The notes under the pieces are model-generated. The model had not been told where the DNA came from and made no database searches. It saw only the letters and a list, made by a program, of their open reading frames with translations. Shown here piece after piece: positions 11,601-23,804 of a stretch of DNA of 64,000 nt. Source of the stretch: Phoronis australis (lineage: Eukaryota; Animalia; Phoronida); assembly GCA_002633005.1 (NCBI GenBank), contig NMRA01000134.1:224204-288203 (forward strand). The letters run 5' to 3'. The stretch's first letter is position 1, and each line of letters begins with the position of its first letter. The position numbers were made by a program, and so were the translations under genes.

Positions 11601-11948
11601 GACGACTTAACTATAAACGTCACACGTCTTTACTGAAGAACCCAGGAATTGCTAATTTAAGTAGAAATTGAAGAAATTAAGAGACGCAAGGCATTTTACC
11701 GAAAGGCATTGGATTCTGCGATCTCTATTTCAAAAAAATAGCAAAAGCCAAGTATCATTTCAAATCTACAACAAAGGCTAAGCTCTGGCGCTTTTCGGTG
11801 TGTCGCATCGGTACCAAAGTAGCCTCTATTTTAAGAAGAAAATGACATTTAAACTCACCGGGTATTTCACTGTCGTCTGCCAGTTTTGGTGTAAGGTCGC
11901 GTTCTCGATCGCCTTCCAGGCGTTCTCGATCGCGGGTTGGCCGGGGTG
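8615..11948. mobile_element. Non-autonomous DNA transposon with CAC...GTG termini and 5-bp TSD (Transib/RAG-like signature)
   Basis: 28-bp perfect TIR CACCCCGGCCAACCCGCGATCGAGAACG, imperfect out to about 49 bp. TSD AAAAC at 8610-8614 and 11949-11953. Mirrored subterminal GCGATCGAGAACG repeats. Confidence 0.85.
9611..10262. other. Assembly artefact: about 326-bp duplication across a single N
   Basis: 9611-9936 is repeated almost identically at 9938-10262, separated by N at 9937. Confidence 0.85.
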
Positions 11949-12725
11949 AAAACTATGCGGGTATTAGCTGAGTTCAGAGAGAACGAAATAAATGTTTGAA
12001 AAACGAATTCAGGTGTTTTTTATAGTTGGGAATGTTTATGTTCTAGATTCCATAACCCAATAAATTGTCAACGTAAAGTTTAGTGCGGCTGTCTCAAGTT
12101 ATCTCGAACGCCCAGCGCGGCTAACTTCAGTTGCCTTTGCGTGAAACACGCTACGCAATGGAGATGAGAATCGGAGGTAAGCGGACATGAGCTAGTCGTC
12201 AATCAAAAGTTACTACAAGTATTTGCTTAATATTGACTTTGACTCATGATGAGTCTAAAGAACCCGTACAGTGGGGATCCTAGGGAAAAGATACTTCGTA
12301 CAGTAGCTGGTCGAGCGAAAATTAGTTCGTACACGTATCTTTATCGGTAAAAATAACTTGTAAACAAATCGCCAATTATTCGGGTTATCGGTAGCTCGTT
12401 GTTCCCTAGGCTCGATGTTCCAGGCTCGTAGCCACCTTCTAGTGATCTTTTTATTCTTCTCTCCGTACACTAGCGCCAGTTTTCATTCCCCGGCTCGCCA
12501 GCCGACAACGTAGATTTTTCAGACTCGATTCTATGGGAATAATTTTGTTCCGGCTGAAGCTGGCCAATGTAGAAACAAAATTATTCCGGGTGGCTATACA
12601 GGTAGATAAAAAACTGTATCAACACAGACATGCCTAGGCGGAGCGGTTTGCCCCAAGAAATTGTATCGTAATATCATTTCTTACTATTGCAGTCATTTAG
12701 TTTCTTATTACCGCAAACACTCACG

Positions 12726-13468
12726 TATAACAGCTTATTATTTAAAATGACTTATTCTTATTAAAATGACATAGGCAAAAAATTGAATTTCAGGCCTCAA
12801 AAGCGAGGCCTTCTACATTAACATAGGGAGCCACGCCGAAAGGCAGCCAGAGATTGCGGCTCCCGATATTAATATAAGGTCCCTTCCGGAAGGCAGCCAA
12901 TGAGCGAGGCCCACTATATTAATGGAGAAGGCGCCGCCGGAAGGTGACTGACGAGCGAGTCTTCACATGAAAAACTGCCACTAGGAGGTGCCACAGTAGC
13001 CAGATTAATCCGAAAACCATCGACAGGCTTTCTCTTCATAGTAAGAAAATACATGCATGACAATTTTTACAATCATCTTTAAGAGCGGTTTGGTTGATAG
13101 AGAGGCGGATGCCAAAAAAACAGTAAAAATGGTAATTAGGTGGCGCAAAATACCTCGACTCATTCCGAAAACAGGAATATAGCATCATCCTACTAACAGG
13201 TGCCTATATACCAAGTTTCACAAAAATCCGTAGACGACCTTTAAAGATACAGCGGTAAATGTGAAAAATAAATTGCCACTAGGGGGCACAACGGTAGTCA
13301 GATCCGTCCGAAATTCGTCCTCTTCTGTCGTCATCTTCATATGAACCCATCTGTCAAATTTGGTGAAAATACTTTGAGGGGTTCAGGAGATACAGCTGCG
13401 GACGCTGGACGCCCAGACAGAGATGAAGGCAATTTGCACCCACATATAGGTATGTGGGTGCATAGAAA
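12726..13468 (+). mobile_element. Helentron/HINE-type non-autonomous element with internal tandem units
   Basis: Short tandem units, then about 150-bp units with CCACTAGGNGGC and CCAAGTTTCA. GGACG/GACA microsatellite-like stretch and terminal hairpin TGCACCCACATA-tagg-TATGTGGGTGCA. Same unit as 32110-33927. Confidence 0.6.
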
Positions 13469-13848
13469 TGCGGCCTCTATGAGCATTTGAATCTGACTTC
13501 GAAAACAAAATAGCCAACACGTCCGCCATTTTGAATCTGATCATGATGAACGACCTTAGGCTTCCAGCACTTCGGGGACTAGAAGTTGTGGGTGAATCTT
13601 TTGCCAATTGGACAAATAGTGCAACCTGTATGTAGAGTGCAGACAAAAAAACTTGATGTCAGAGCAACATACTTGATGAAATTTCAATTGATGGCAGATA
13701 CAATAATTCGTCATGTACCGTAATTAGGCAAATTAACAATGGCAGGGGTTGACAACTGAATGGCTGCTTTCAAATTAATGGACAGCTATATAGTTATGAC
13801 TTTCTGTCCACTAAATCCAAGTTGCTTTCTTGGTCTCATTTATAGACA

Positions 13849-14480
13849 CCGTATTAGCCCTAGTAAGCGCCTAGGGCACTTAGAAAAATTCGTTTCAGGA
13901 GAGCGGGTGCGCTTATTGGAGCCTAAGGCTGTTAAAACACAGTGTCCGAAACAGGTGAGATCCGAAGCTAGGTTTCATCAAATTTATGCCCTGCAACATG
14001 TCTGTAGCCTACGACAGATCGACTTTCCAAAAATTGTGGTACACTGCTATCAAACTTCGTCATTAAATTACGATCCTTTATCAGTAAATTGTGGGGAAAT
14101 CCCAGGGCGAAAACTTGCCGAATGATGGCAAGATTCACTTCCGTTGACAAGTACACTGTCTGTTCTGAAAAGCCAGACCATAGTAGGACACATACCTCGT
14201 GAGATCAGCAAAAATTTTAAATTAATTCTTTTTGAAGCACTGCAGAAGTTTGAAGTGTATATTCACGGCTAAATACCGACACAGCGGCGAGGCTTGTGGT
14301 CTAGAAATTTGGCGCGCACGATGATTGTTTTCAGGACTGTCGGATATTATTGATAAATTGAAGATGTTTCTGCAGAATTTAAGAAATCTAGGTAAGGCAC
14401 ACGTCCATGGGCTGGGCGCTTTTAACGAAGTCTGAAAACACTTATTGGGAAATTTTGGGCGTTTATTAGGGCAAATACGG
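13849..14480. mobile_element. Tc1/mariner (pogo/Tigger-like) non-autonomous element
   Basis: Imperfect TIR CCGTATTAGCCCTAGTAAGCGCC / GGCGTTTATTAGGGCAAATACGG, followed by TA on the right. Internal peptide remnant TIVGHIPREIS at about 14177. Confidence 0.65.
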
Positions 14481-17400
14481 TAGTTGTGAATTTTTGTCCA
14501 CCAAATCTGAGTTGCTTTCTTGGTCTCATTTATACTTTAGACAGTTCCAATATGAAAAGACCTCTATTGCAGGGATAAAAGTTAACATTGTCCATGACCC
14601 TGTTGCCTCTGTCTTTTGTTCAGAGTCCTTCTAGTCAACAGAGCAGTGTTGGGACTGGGATATGATCTGTCCTATTATCAAGTTGGTCAGGTATCCATTG
14701 TCAGCTATGGCAGCTGTTATACCAATCATCTACAATATTTCCAAAGAGATAACCAAAGGCATTCATTGAATGAATTGTTCCCACAGTGGTTAAGGTCTTA
14801 GTTATGTTTGGGCAAAGATCAAACAAAAGGCCTGGTTGTTTGTTCCTGTAAATGATACAGTGGGTAGATTAAATTCCAGGATTTAACTGGAATTAAATGT
14901 GACCAGGTGATTTTTTTTAGTTTCAGTTGCATAACCAAAGCAAATGGTGCAAAAAGTGATGGTGTGTGCGTGTGCGCGTCTGTGTGAAGGTGTTAATTTG
15001 TACAATTTGGTAATTAGGACTAGCTAGGCTTCTGAGGAAGGGAAAGCGCAAACGTTATTTGAAGATAGAAAACCTATTTTGGAAATTCATTGTTTTGTCA
15101 TAAATTCAATACTGCTGAATTTTAAAGTGCATTGAACTCACACAACCTGACTCACAAATATGTGGGCTTATTTTTGACTCACGAGTGGCTATTCACATAC
15201 AGTATGCAGTGGTGGGTCTTGGATGTAGGAGAAAGAGGCCGAGTGAAACCACACATATCTAAAGGCAAAGGTCCACGTGCATTCAAAGCGGTCTCTGAAG
15301 GGGGCCCATGCACAATTATAAAGGAATAGGAGTGTAATGCCCAAAAGCTGGCGGCGCCTTTTAGTTGCCCATGTGGTGTGTCCACGGGGGCCTTCGCCAC
15401 CCCCTTTATCCGCCTATGGTACGTGTGACACCGTAGCTGTTTTTTTATCTTGAATTAATAAAAATTCCATTACTCGGCGAGCAGATGCCTGGTGATCACG
15501 CGTGCCAAAATAGTCAGCAACAAATGCTGTCAGCGTAGCGCATTGATGCTGTAAAGTATCATATCGAGACTACGCCCCACTTTCCGTCACGGTGGGTAGA
15601 CGCTACGTCAAAGTGAAAAACGGTGGTTGCTGCGGTAAAATGTAAAAAGGTTGTTGGCTTCAACTACGAGCGCTTATGCTCCACTCTACCGTAACTTACA
15701 GTGGGTAGGCGCTACATTGAAAGGCAAAAAGGTGGTTACCTGCGCCTACGTGCGCCTACGCCCCACTAAAGCAAACCAGAAGAAATTTGGTTAGGAATGA
15801 AGCAGTCGCTATTTTAAGTACTGCCACATTGAACGTTCATGTTGAAAATTGTGTGTACTTTGCCAATTGGTTGTGTTATGTATTTTGTGGCTTGACGTGT
15901 AATAATTGCATGCAAGGTGATTTCAATATTGCTTTCGGCTGGGTTTCACTGTTTACCTCACGGGTTGTTCTTTTTTATGCCTTTTTCACTTGTATCTGGT
16001 TGACCTTGAAATTCGGTTGACAAAATTTTATGTCTAAGTGTTATACTTTATGATTGTTATACGAATCCAAGGGGGGGGCATGTGTATATGATTGCTTCGC
16101 GTGTCTGTGCTGAAGCACCAGCAATTCTACCTAACACAAACAAAATGTTTGAATGGACACTTCGTTAAAAGTTTTTCAAATTGAACATGGTGTTGTATTG
16201 AACGTAACGCGAATGTGGAGAAAACTTTCACGTCTTGTCTTCAAAACAGGTTGCAATATCCATTATCTTGTGTACGGTTACCGCTCACCTTAAACCTTCA
16301 TGTGTTATCCAACCAATGTGAACTTGTATAACAGTCGCAAAACAGGTTAATTTATTTCATCCCAGTGCGAATGTGAGGACAGCACGACAACCTCTTAAGC
16401 AACTGAATTATAGCCTAAAAATAGCAGCAAACCACCGTAAAACTGGATTGGCTGATGTATGCTCAGCATGGACGTCAGTTAAAAATTGGCCACTTGTTTG
16501 GCTATTTTGACGACCCGCCATCGACTCATTGGCAACCCGTAGTCGGACAAAATATATGATCTGTGGTGTACGTATACACGAATTGACTTTGCGAATAGAA
16601 TTGTTCACTTGTTACGACCGCCAGACTTAGTTTATTTTACAACAAAAATTGTTCGCTCATTATTATGAGCATAATTACGACCTAGACTGAGTTAAAAAAT
16701 CAGTCAGTTTTTGATACTTTAAACCTTTTGTATTCATGTGCTTTCTTGTACCTAACCCTTCATAACATGCGCAAAATGCGAGTGTCTAAAAACACGAGCG
16801 CAAAATTACAAACAAAAATTACGAGTGAAAATTTTAAGCGCAAAAGTACTAGCGTTTAACGTTTCAAAACTCACATGACCTGAAAACCAATTTCTAAGTG
16901 CATATAATGATTATGGTAGCAAAACACCATGGAAATCTCAGTCATACTTCCAAGTATAAATATGGGCTCACAGATAGATCAAAAGCTTGATTGTAAAAGT
17001 TGCCCCTAGTGTTATACTCATCCAAGTGTGTTACAGGCACAGCCAGGCATTGATCAAACATAACCTAGCAGGTTAAGCATTTCAACATAAGTAACAAATG
17101 GTGGTTATAACAATGGAATGACCCATTCTTGGTTGAAATTGTCTTGTTGTGTCACCTCAGATTTGTTTACAATAGCGTAAGAGAATATTAAAAGAACTAA
17201 ACCTCCCTTTGACTCGAGGCAATACTGGAATTATTTTACAAATTCTGTTGAGCTTCAAGAGTAGATCACAAGAATTTGTGACATGGTTTAAATAATAACA
17301 TTGTTGAAATCATGTTTTAAATCAGCAAGGGTGTTGAAGAGTAGGTTCCATTGAAAATTGAAATAAAGTGCAATAGAGGTATACTTAAAACGATTGAGAG

Positions 17401-20059
17401 AAAAATCTTAAAACAAGGAGCAATAAATTCAGAGCTTTCTATGGTTAGGTATGTATTTGTGGTTTATTTTTGAAATTTTACAAAAATTAACAATTTTTAG
17501 GGATGTTGTTGCACCTAGATATGATTTTCCAACAATTTGCATAAAGCAAAAATGAAGTGATAACTAAAAAAATGTTAACAACATTTTTAAGAGCTCATCT
17601 TGCATTTATATCAAGCAAAGTTTGGTCTTGTGAATGCCGGGATACCACTTTGTCCTAGGGATGTACCCTTCTTTGTAGCTAAATTTCAATGAAACTAATA
17701 TTGTCATGTCACCCAAAGAATAAAAGGTGTCAAGTCATTAAGCCAAACACCAAATTCTATTGCCTTATTTCAGACACTTTATACTTTTACTTGGTTAAAG
17801 TCATGTCCTGAACAAATCCACTACATCAAGGACACTGTATGTATCCACCTTCACTCTTATCAGGCTTCTATTGTGAGTCAGCACCTATGGACCTACTTTT
17901 GGCTGAATAGATGACCAGGCCATAAAATGATAATTAGCCAAGACCAGGTAAATAAAACTGTATGGTAGAGTTACGGTAATACCTTCAGGGCAATTTTGAG
18001 AGGGTGGGCATCAGCTAGTCTTTGGCCTTAAGCATTTCAATAAGTCAAGGTATACTGACCTCTGATTTTCTGAATTAAGCAAACATTAAAGTTCAAATTG
18101 CAAAATTGTTATTTCCACTATCTTCATAGGTTATAAAAACAAGCAAAAAATTAGCAACAATCTGTATGAGCAACAAAAAATATCTCGCAGCATCACCAAG
18201 CCTTGGTGCAAAGTTGTATACTAAGAATACAGCTTTACAGCGATGCAGGTAAAAAATAACCAAAAATGTTACAAAAAATTAGTCACTAAAAACGACACTC
18301 TTACTGGAGTAAACTTAATTATTTACCGCAGTGTTGGAAAAATTGGTGTTGTTCTTCCATTATTCTGCAGCTAAAATTGTGATGCGATCTTTTGCTTGGC
18401 TTTCGGCGCCATAAAATATTGCATCACCTATTGGCCAGTTTCTTTATTCACCGATTCCTCAATCTACTGTTCTTCCACTAGGTTGAGTACACGTCACAAC
18501 AAATTATCGGAACTGGTGTTATTTCGTTACAAGTTTTCAGTATTTTAATACCAGGAAACTGAATTTTAGAACAGAATTTGCTGCTGCGAAGCTGTAATCA
18601 TATCCTGAGAGATGTAGCAAATTAATAAATGGCGCGTGCGCGTGTCACAAGCGAAACGATGACGGACTTTTCTTTGTTACAAAAAGTCAAAGAATTATGC
18701 AACAAAATGATGTTTATTAGATTTTTTTTTACTTTAAAGGCTGCAAAGGGCAAGGTGAGTGTCGGCTATTTCCTAGATTTTGCATGCACAGGCCGACGGT
18801 CGTTAGTTGCACCACGGGGTAGTACAACATAGTCCTACCCTCTACATGTTAATAATATTTCACGAGATGACAAGCAGAACTACCGGAGCTGTGTGAAATT
18901 TCGGGGTCTAACAGAGATACACAGTGGTACCTAAGGCACCCAGATAGCTATATGAAGACTAGTGTCAAAATCCAAATTCATTTTATCGTGTTCCTGCAGG
19001 GCTCGATGTTATGAAAATTGCCAGGTCGCATTTTGCAACCCAGCCAAAATCCCAGGTCGCATTTTCAAAATCCAGCACCCATTCATAAATGCCAGGTCGC
19101 AAAATTTTACCGTCATTTTACGTGCCAAAATTGATTTTAAGATCACCGAGAAAATGTTTAGGTTATGCTCAAAGTCTAAATAACACACCGAGTAGGTCTA
19201 CATTTATACTATCCTAACTTGGGTCCTAAATTTTTGTGCCGAATAAACGTAATCGTGAGTGTTGCTCTGTTGCAAAATCATTCTCTGGGGCTGATTTGAA
19301 AAATTAAAAGTTTTACGAATTATTTTTTTTCATTCATCTTTTCAAATATTGCATCAAAAACTACACAAAATGCTCTCCATAAAAAGTATGGTCATCTAGG
19401 CTAGCTTGTAATCAGCTAATCCTATTCGCATGAGCGAAGCCAATTATCCTCAAAAGTGACTGGATGAATAGAGCAGCTAGCAGGGATCCTTTGATCCTCA
19501 ACCCAGCCAGTGCAACACATTCAAGGTGGATAAATACCCTCTAGTTCAATCTGTTGAACCAGGGGCCCATTGTTTTCCCTGATCAGTAGGGTTTGACAAC
19601 CTCATTCAGTGGGATTGTTCATGACCTTGTTTTAAGATATTTGGTTACATTGGAGAGTTTCTCTCATACTGTTGAGAACAGTGGTGGATTTAGGGGGGGG
19701 GGACATGTGCCCCCCTGAAATTCTCCCACATTTCATTTGGCAGTTCGGGTGCGAATTGCTGACTAGCACATGCAGCGGAAGATCTTTTTGTAGGGTACTG
19801 ATTACATAACATTTACATTTCAATGTGACATTGGGAAGAATGAAATACGAAACCAATGTGACACTTGGGTGAAGCATATCATCCAAAAGTTTGTGGTGAC
19901 CTGAGAGCTAAAAAGAAATATTGTGTGTAGTATGCCATTATACCTTAGTTTCCTTAAACTGATTAAATCGTTGAATTTCCAATTTAATTCCCCCTAGCTT
20001 TGCGGGACTTTTTGACAATCACCATTCCGGTTATGTTACGTTTGCTCAAATTCCCTGCA

Positions 20060-21612
20060 ATTTCTGTCACGATTCAACAGACTATTTCTAATGAAGCTTT
20101 AGTAATACAATTATAGCAGTGTAAATAACGCTCAACATACAATCAGGTCTCAATCGTAACATCTGGAACAGGACTGTTAATTATATGACAGTTCCGAGTC
20201 AGTTTTCATTTGATAAGTACTTTATCGTCTGCAACTCTTGCACCGATTCATCGGTAACTACAATATCAAATATTGTTGTTATTTAACAATTTTCAGGATA
20301 TGTTACAAGTTCAATGAAAAGTTACCCTTGTTTTCACCTTTGTTATTTCTTTTCAAGAAATAAATCGTCACATTTAAAACTGTTTCTTTTACTAGAGAAA
20401 ACTTGCAGCCTAACACGCAAGTACATACACATATAGGATGTGATCCGCCACGTGAACAGTCTGAGTGAACTATTCGGTCTCGGTCGATACGCGTAATAAT
20501 GTCTCGAAGGATATTACTTCATGTACGCCACTCTCGGTACGGTTTGTGTATTTAGTTAAAGTAAATAACAAATAAACATCATGACATCAAATAGTTGCGT
20601 GAAGATTTTGCATTTCAGGTTAATTAGCTGTTTACAGCCACTTGATTCAAATATTTTTATTTTTATTTTTCTTTAGTTGTAAACATTCCAACACCAAAGA
20701 CGCCACTATGAGTTACACTTACGAAATCATCACAAACGGTTAGTGAATCCAAATTGAAGGCGCGTTCCTTGTGCGTACTCAAAATAAATAACTGAATAAA
20801 CGGTCCTTGCGTCATACTAGCCCCCAACCAAGTCTTTATTCGCCCAACTGCTAAGAAACCTGTTTCAGAAGGAACGCGTATAGCGAGTAAACAACAACGA
20901 GGTTACACAACGTCAAGGTAATAACAGGGTTTATCCCACACGTGTTGAATCAGTCGAGGGAAATACGGCCATGTAATAATGTTTTCCGTATTCACCTCCC
21001 GCACTACTTCAACAGTGACCTCTGACATGAGAAGTTCAAAAGGTAGGTCACTATCGACTCTACGTCGTCAGGCGGTTCGATCATCAAATTTTCCGAAAAT
21101 TGTTCATAGTAATACAATTACAGCAGTGTAAATAACACTCAACATGCAATCATGTCCCAATCGTAATATATGGAACAGGACTGTTAATTATACGACAGTT
21201 CTGTCTCAGTTTTCAATTGCTAAATATTGTATCGTCTGCAACTCAGCTAGGCGCCGATTCCTCGGTGACTACAATAACAAATGTTGTTATTTAACTATTT
21301 TCAGATGTTACAAGTTCAATGCACAGTTACCGTTGCTTTCATCTTTGTTATCTCTTTTCAAGTAATAAATCGTTACATTTAAAACTGTTTCTTTTACTAG
21401 AAAAAGCTTGCGACCTAACGCGCAAGTATATACATATAGGATGTGATCAGCCTAAGTGAAGTAATTAAAAATCTGCCGAAAAATGAAAGAAACTTAGGAA
21501 TTCGAAGCGTATGGGATAAATACAAAACATACCTCGATTGGCGTCCATGAAGTAGTATCCCACTCGGGATATTACTTCATGTACGCCACTCTCGGCACGT
21601 TTTGTGTATTTA
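20060..21612 (-). repeat. Two tandem copies of dispersed repeat family A (about 20060-20550 and 20930-21612)
   Basis: Both contain AGTAATACAATTA..CAGTGTAAATAAC and ATAGGATGTGATC. Reverse complement of 6705-7445 and 4785-5050. Confidence 0.75.
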
Positions 21613-23658
21613 TCATCGATTTTTCACTTGAGCTAAGAGATATCACTGCAACAAGAATGTCGTAAAAACCCGATTACGTCATTGTTTCCATTTTGGTATA
21701 TGTCAGATTAAATTCACAATGAATGTCGACTTTAGACAAATAGCTGTAACCTTAAAACGCTCGACCGATCACGGAAATAATTAAAAGTGTAATTGGGTCA
21801 TTACGCGGAGCTAAATCATCAGAAACTAAAGAGACACGACGGAAGAAAGCGGTTGATGAAAAACCTCTAAAAGCGTATCTTTGACTTAATTTCGATTTCT
21901 ATGAATGGCTAAATCTGATTTAAGATGTTAAAGGAGGCATTTATCAAAAAATGGACATCTTTGTTTTGAGATTCACGCTTACGTTAATGTAAACACTAAC
22001 CGACTCAAAACTGTCGTCAAGAAATAAAAACCTATCGCAACGTTTTGGCTAATTTTTATCGTAACTATTTCTTCCGCGCATGAAGAATTCTACCTCTAAC
22101 TTTTCACGAGGAATTTAGTTTCAGAAGCCAAACACATTAAAACATTACCAGTTTCTGTTCTTGACATTTCAATTCATTTCACCCAGCATTTTAGTGCCCT
22201 GCATACATCGCTAATGCGATAATTGCTCTGTAGCAGACGATAGGAGCTTCGATCAACTGTTGAGATATCAAGGGCGGACAGCGACACTGTCCAACTGCAA
22301 CAACCACTGAACGGCCCGGTTTCCTAATGAGCAACCGTGCGGGCTGAATAAGCACAGAAAGGTTCAGCATGTTGAATTACTAATATTATACCACATTATC
22401 AGCTTCACATGGCCAATACAACCGTTAAATCACCAGTTTAGTTATTCAACACGAGTTCGAATAACATTTTGGCGGGAACCCGAGGTAGGTTTCGAACTCG
22501 CTTCGCTAGAGTTCCGAGCCGTCAGCAGCTGACGTCATCGTACGTGAAAATAAAATACTTTTAAGTATTCTATTTATTGCGCGTTCTCATTTAAAAATGA
22601 GGACACACAATAATCACATGCTGAACAAACGGCACGGTACGGTACCGACATTTGTTCGCTGTGAAAAATAAGACGCACGATTTCAATAAAAACGGCATTT
22701 TTAATTCAGTAAAATTTGTCATTTTCTCTCACTTCTGAATCATCAATCAGTTTTAATGCGGGTAACATGTCGTCGGTATCCATTAACTTGGGCATTATAC
22801 TCAGTAACCAGTGGTAACCTACTTTAGCACACGATATTTTCACGGTGGAAGCTTAGCACGATAAGATGTGTAGTAAGCCAGAGTAGTTGCTTAAGACTTA
22901 TCTTATATATTCACTTTATTTCTATTTTGTTGAAATCAGTTTTCGATTGGTTTTGCGCAAATGCCTTTTATTTATTTTAACAAGAATAACTCGGCGTTTC
23001 TTAAAAGGCTACGACCTCCGACCCCGGGCATATGACATAGAAAGTAGTTACAAAGCCGAGGCGAGTCGAGAAAGGTAGATCGATTCATTACAATGTTTAT
23101 CGTTCAGTATGTGGTATAAATAGATTATAACATGTTCTCAATCGTTATCCCCCTTATCTAAAGCCCTTGTGGATACGTAATTCTTCAAAGTCCACTCGGG
23201 CTCTAGATTACGGGGGATAACGACTTCGCCATGCTATAATCTATATCTACGAGTTGATTAAGAAAACTGCGCGTTTAATAAGCACACTTCGGCGCGCAGA
23301 AATGTGCTCGTTTAAAGAGTTCCCACCATGACCCGGTGTCTCAAAAAGGAATTTTATTATTACATCTTAACAAATTTGATAGCCTTTAATACACCTGTTG
23401 CTACGAAACAATCTAAAAATTTTAAAAATATATTTTTCTGTTATCGAGTTTGTACTCAATGGGTGGAAGACCGCTTCAGCCGTTGTTGTTTTACCAGTGC
23501 GATACTGAGGAGTTGTGAAGAAAGTCCGCGTGGAGCCGTCTTTTTCAGACATGAAAAGGTGCGTTTGTGGAAACGTGGTAACAACAACTTGACTGTGAAC
23601 GTCTTAATGTTCAAATTTCCTAAATACTAAAAGTTGCACAAAAATGGCATCGGTTTGT

Positions 23659-23804
23659 CATGGGCGGCGCACCATAGGGGCCTAGGGTAGGGCTTTAGCC
23701 CCCCACTTTTTCAGGGCTAAGCCGCCCATGGTCTATAGGCGGTGCAACACAGGAGGGCTGGGGGGGGGTTTAGCCCTACTTTTTTCAGTGCTGCGCTACC
23801 CATG
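23659..23804. mobile_element. CATG...CATG dimeric MITE (family shared with 32291-32433)
   Basis: Ends CATGGGCGGCGCA / TGCGCTACCCATG. Flanks TTTGT / ATTGT. Reverse-complement homologue of 32291-32433. Confidence 0.7.

Noticed and set aside
15850-18600. Possible decayed transposase fragments in an AT-rich stretch
   Set aside because: Only vague motif resemblances, with no supportable termini or domain.
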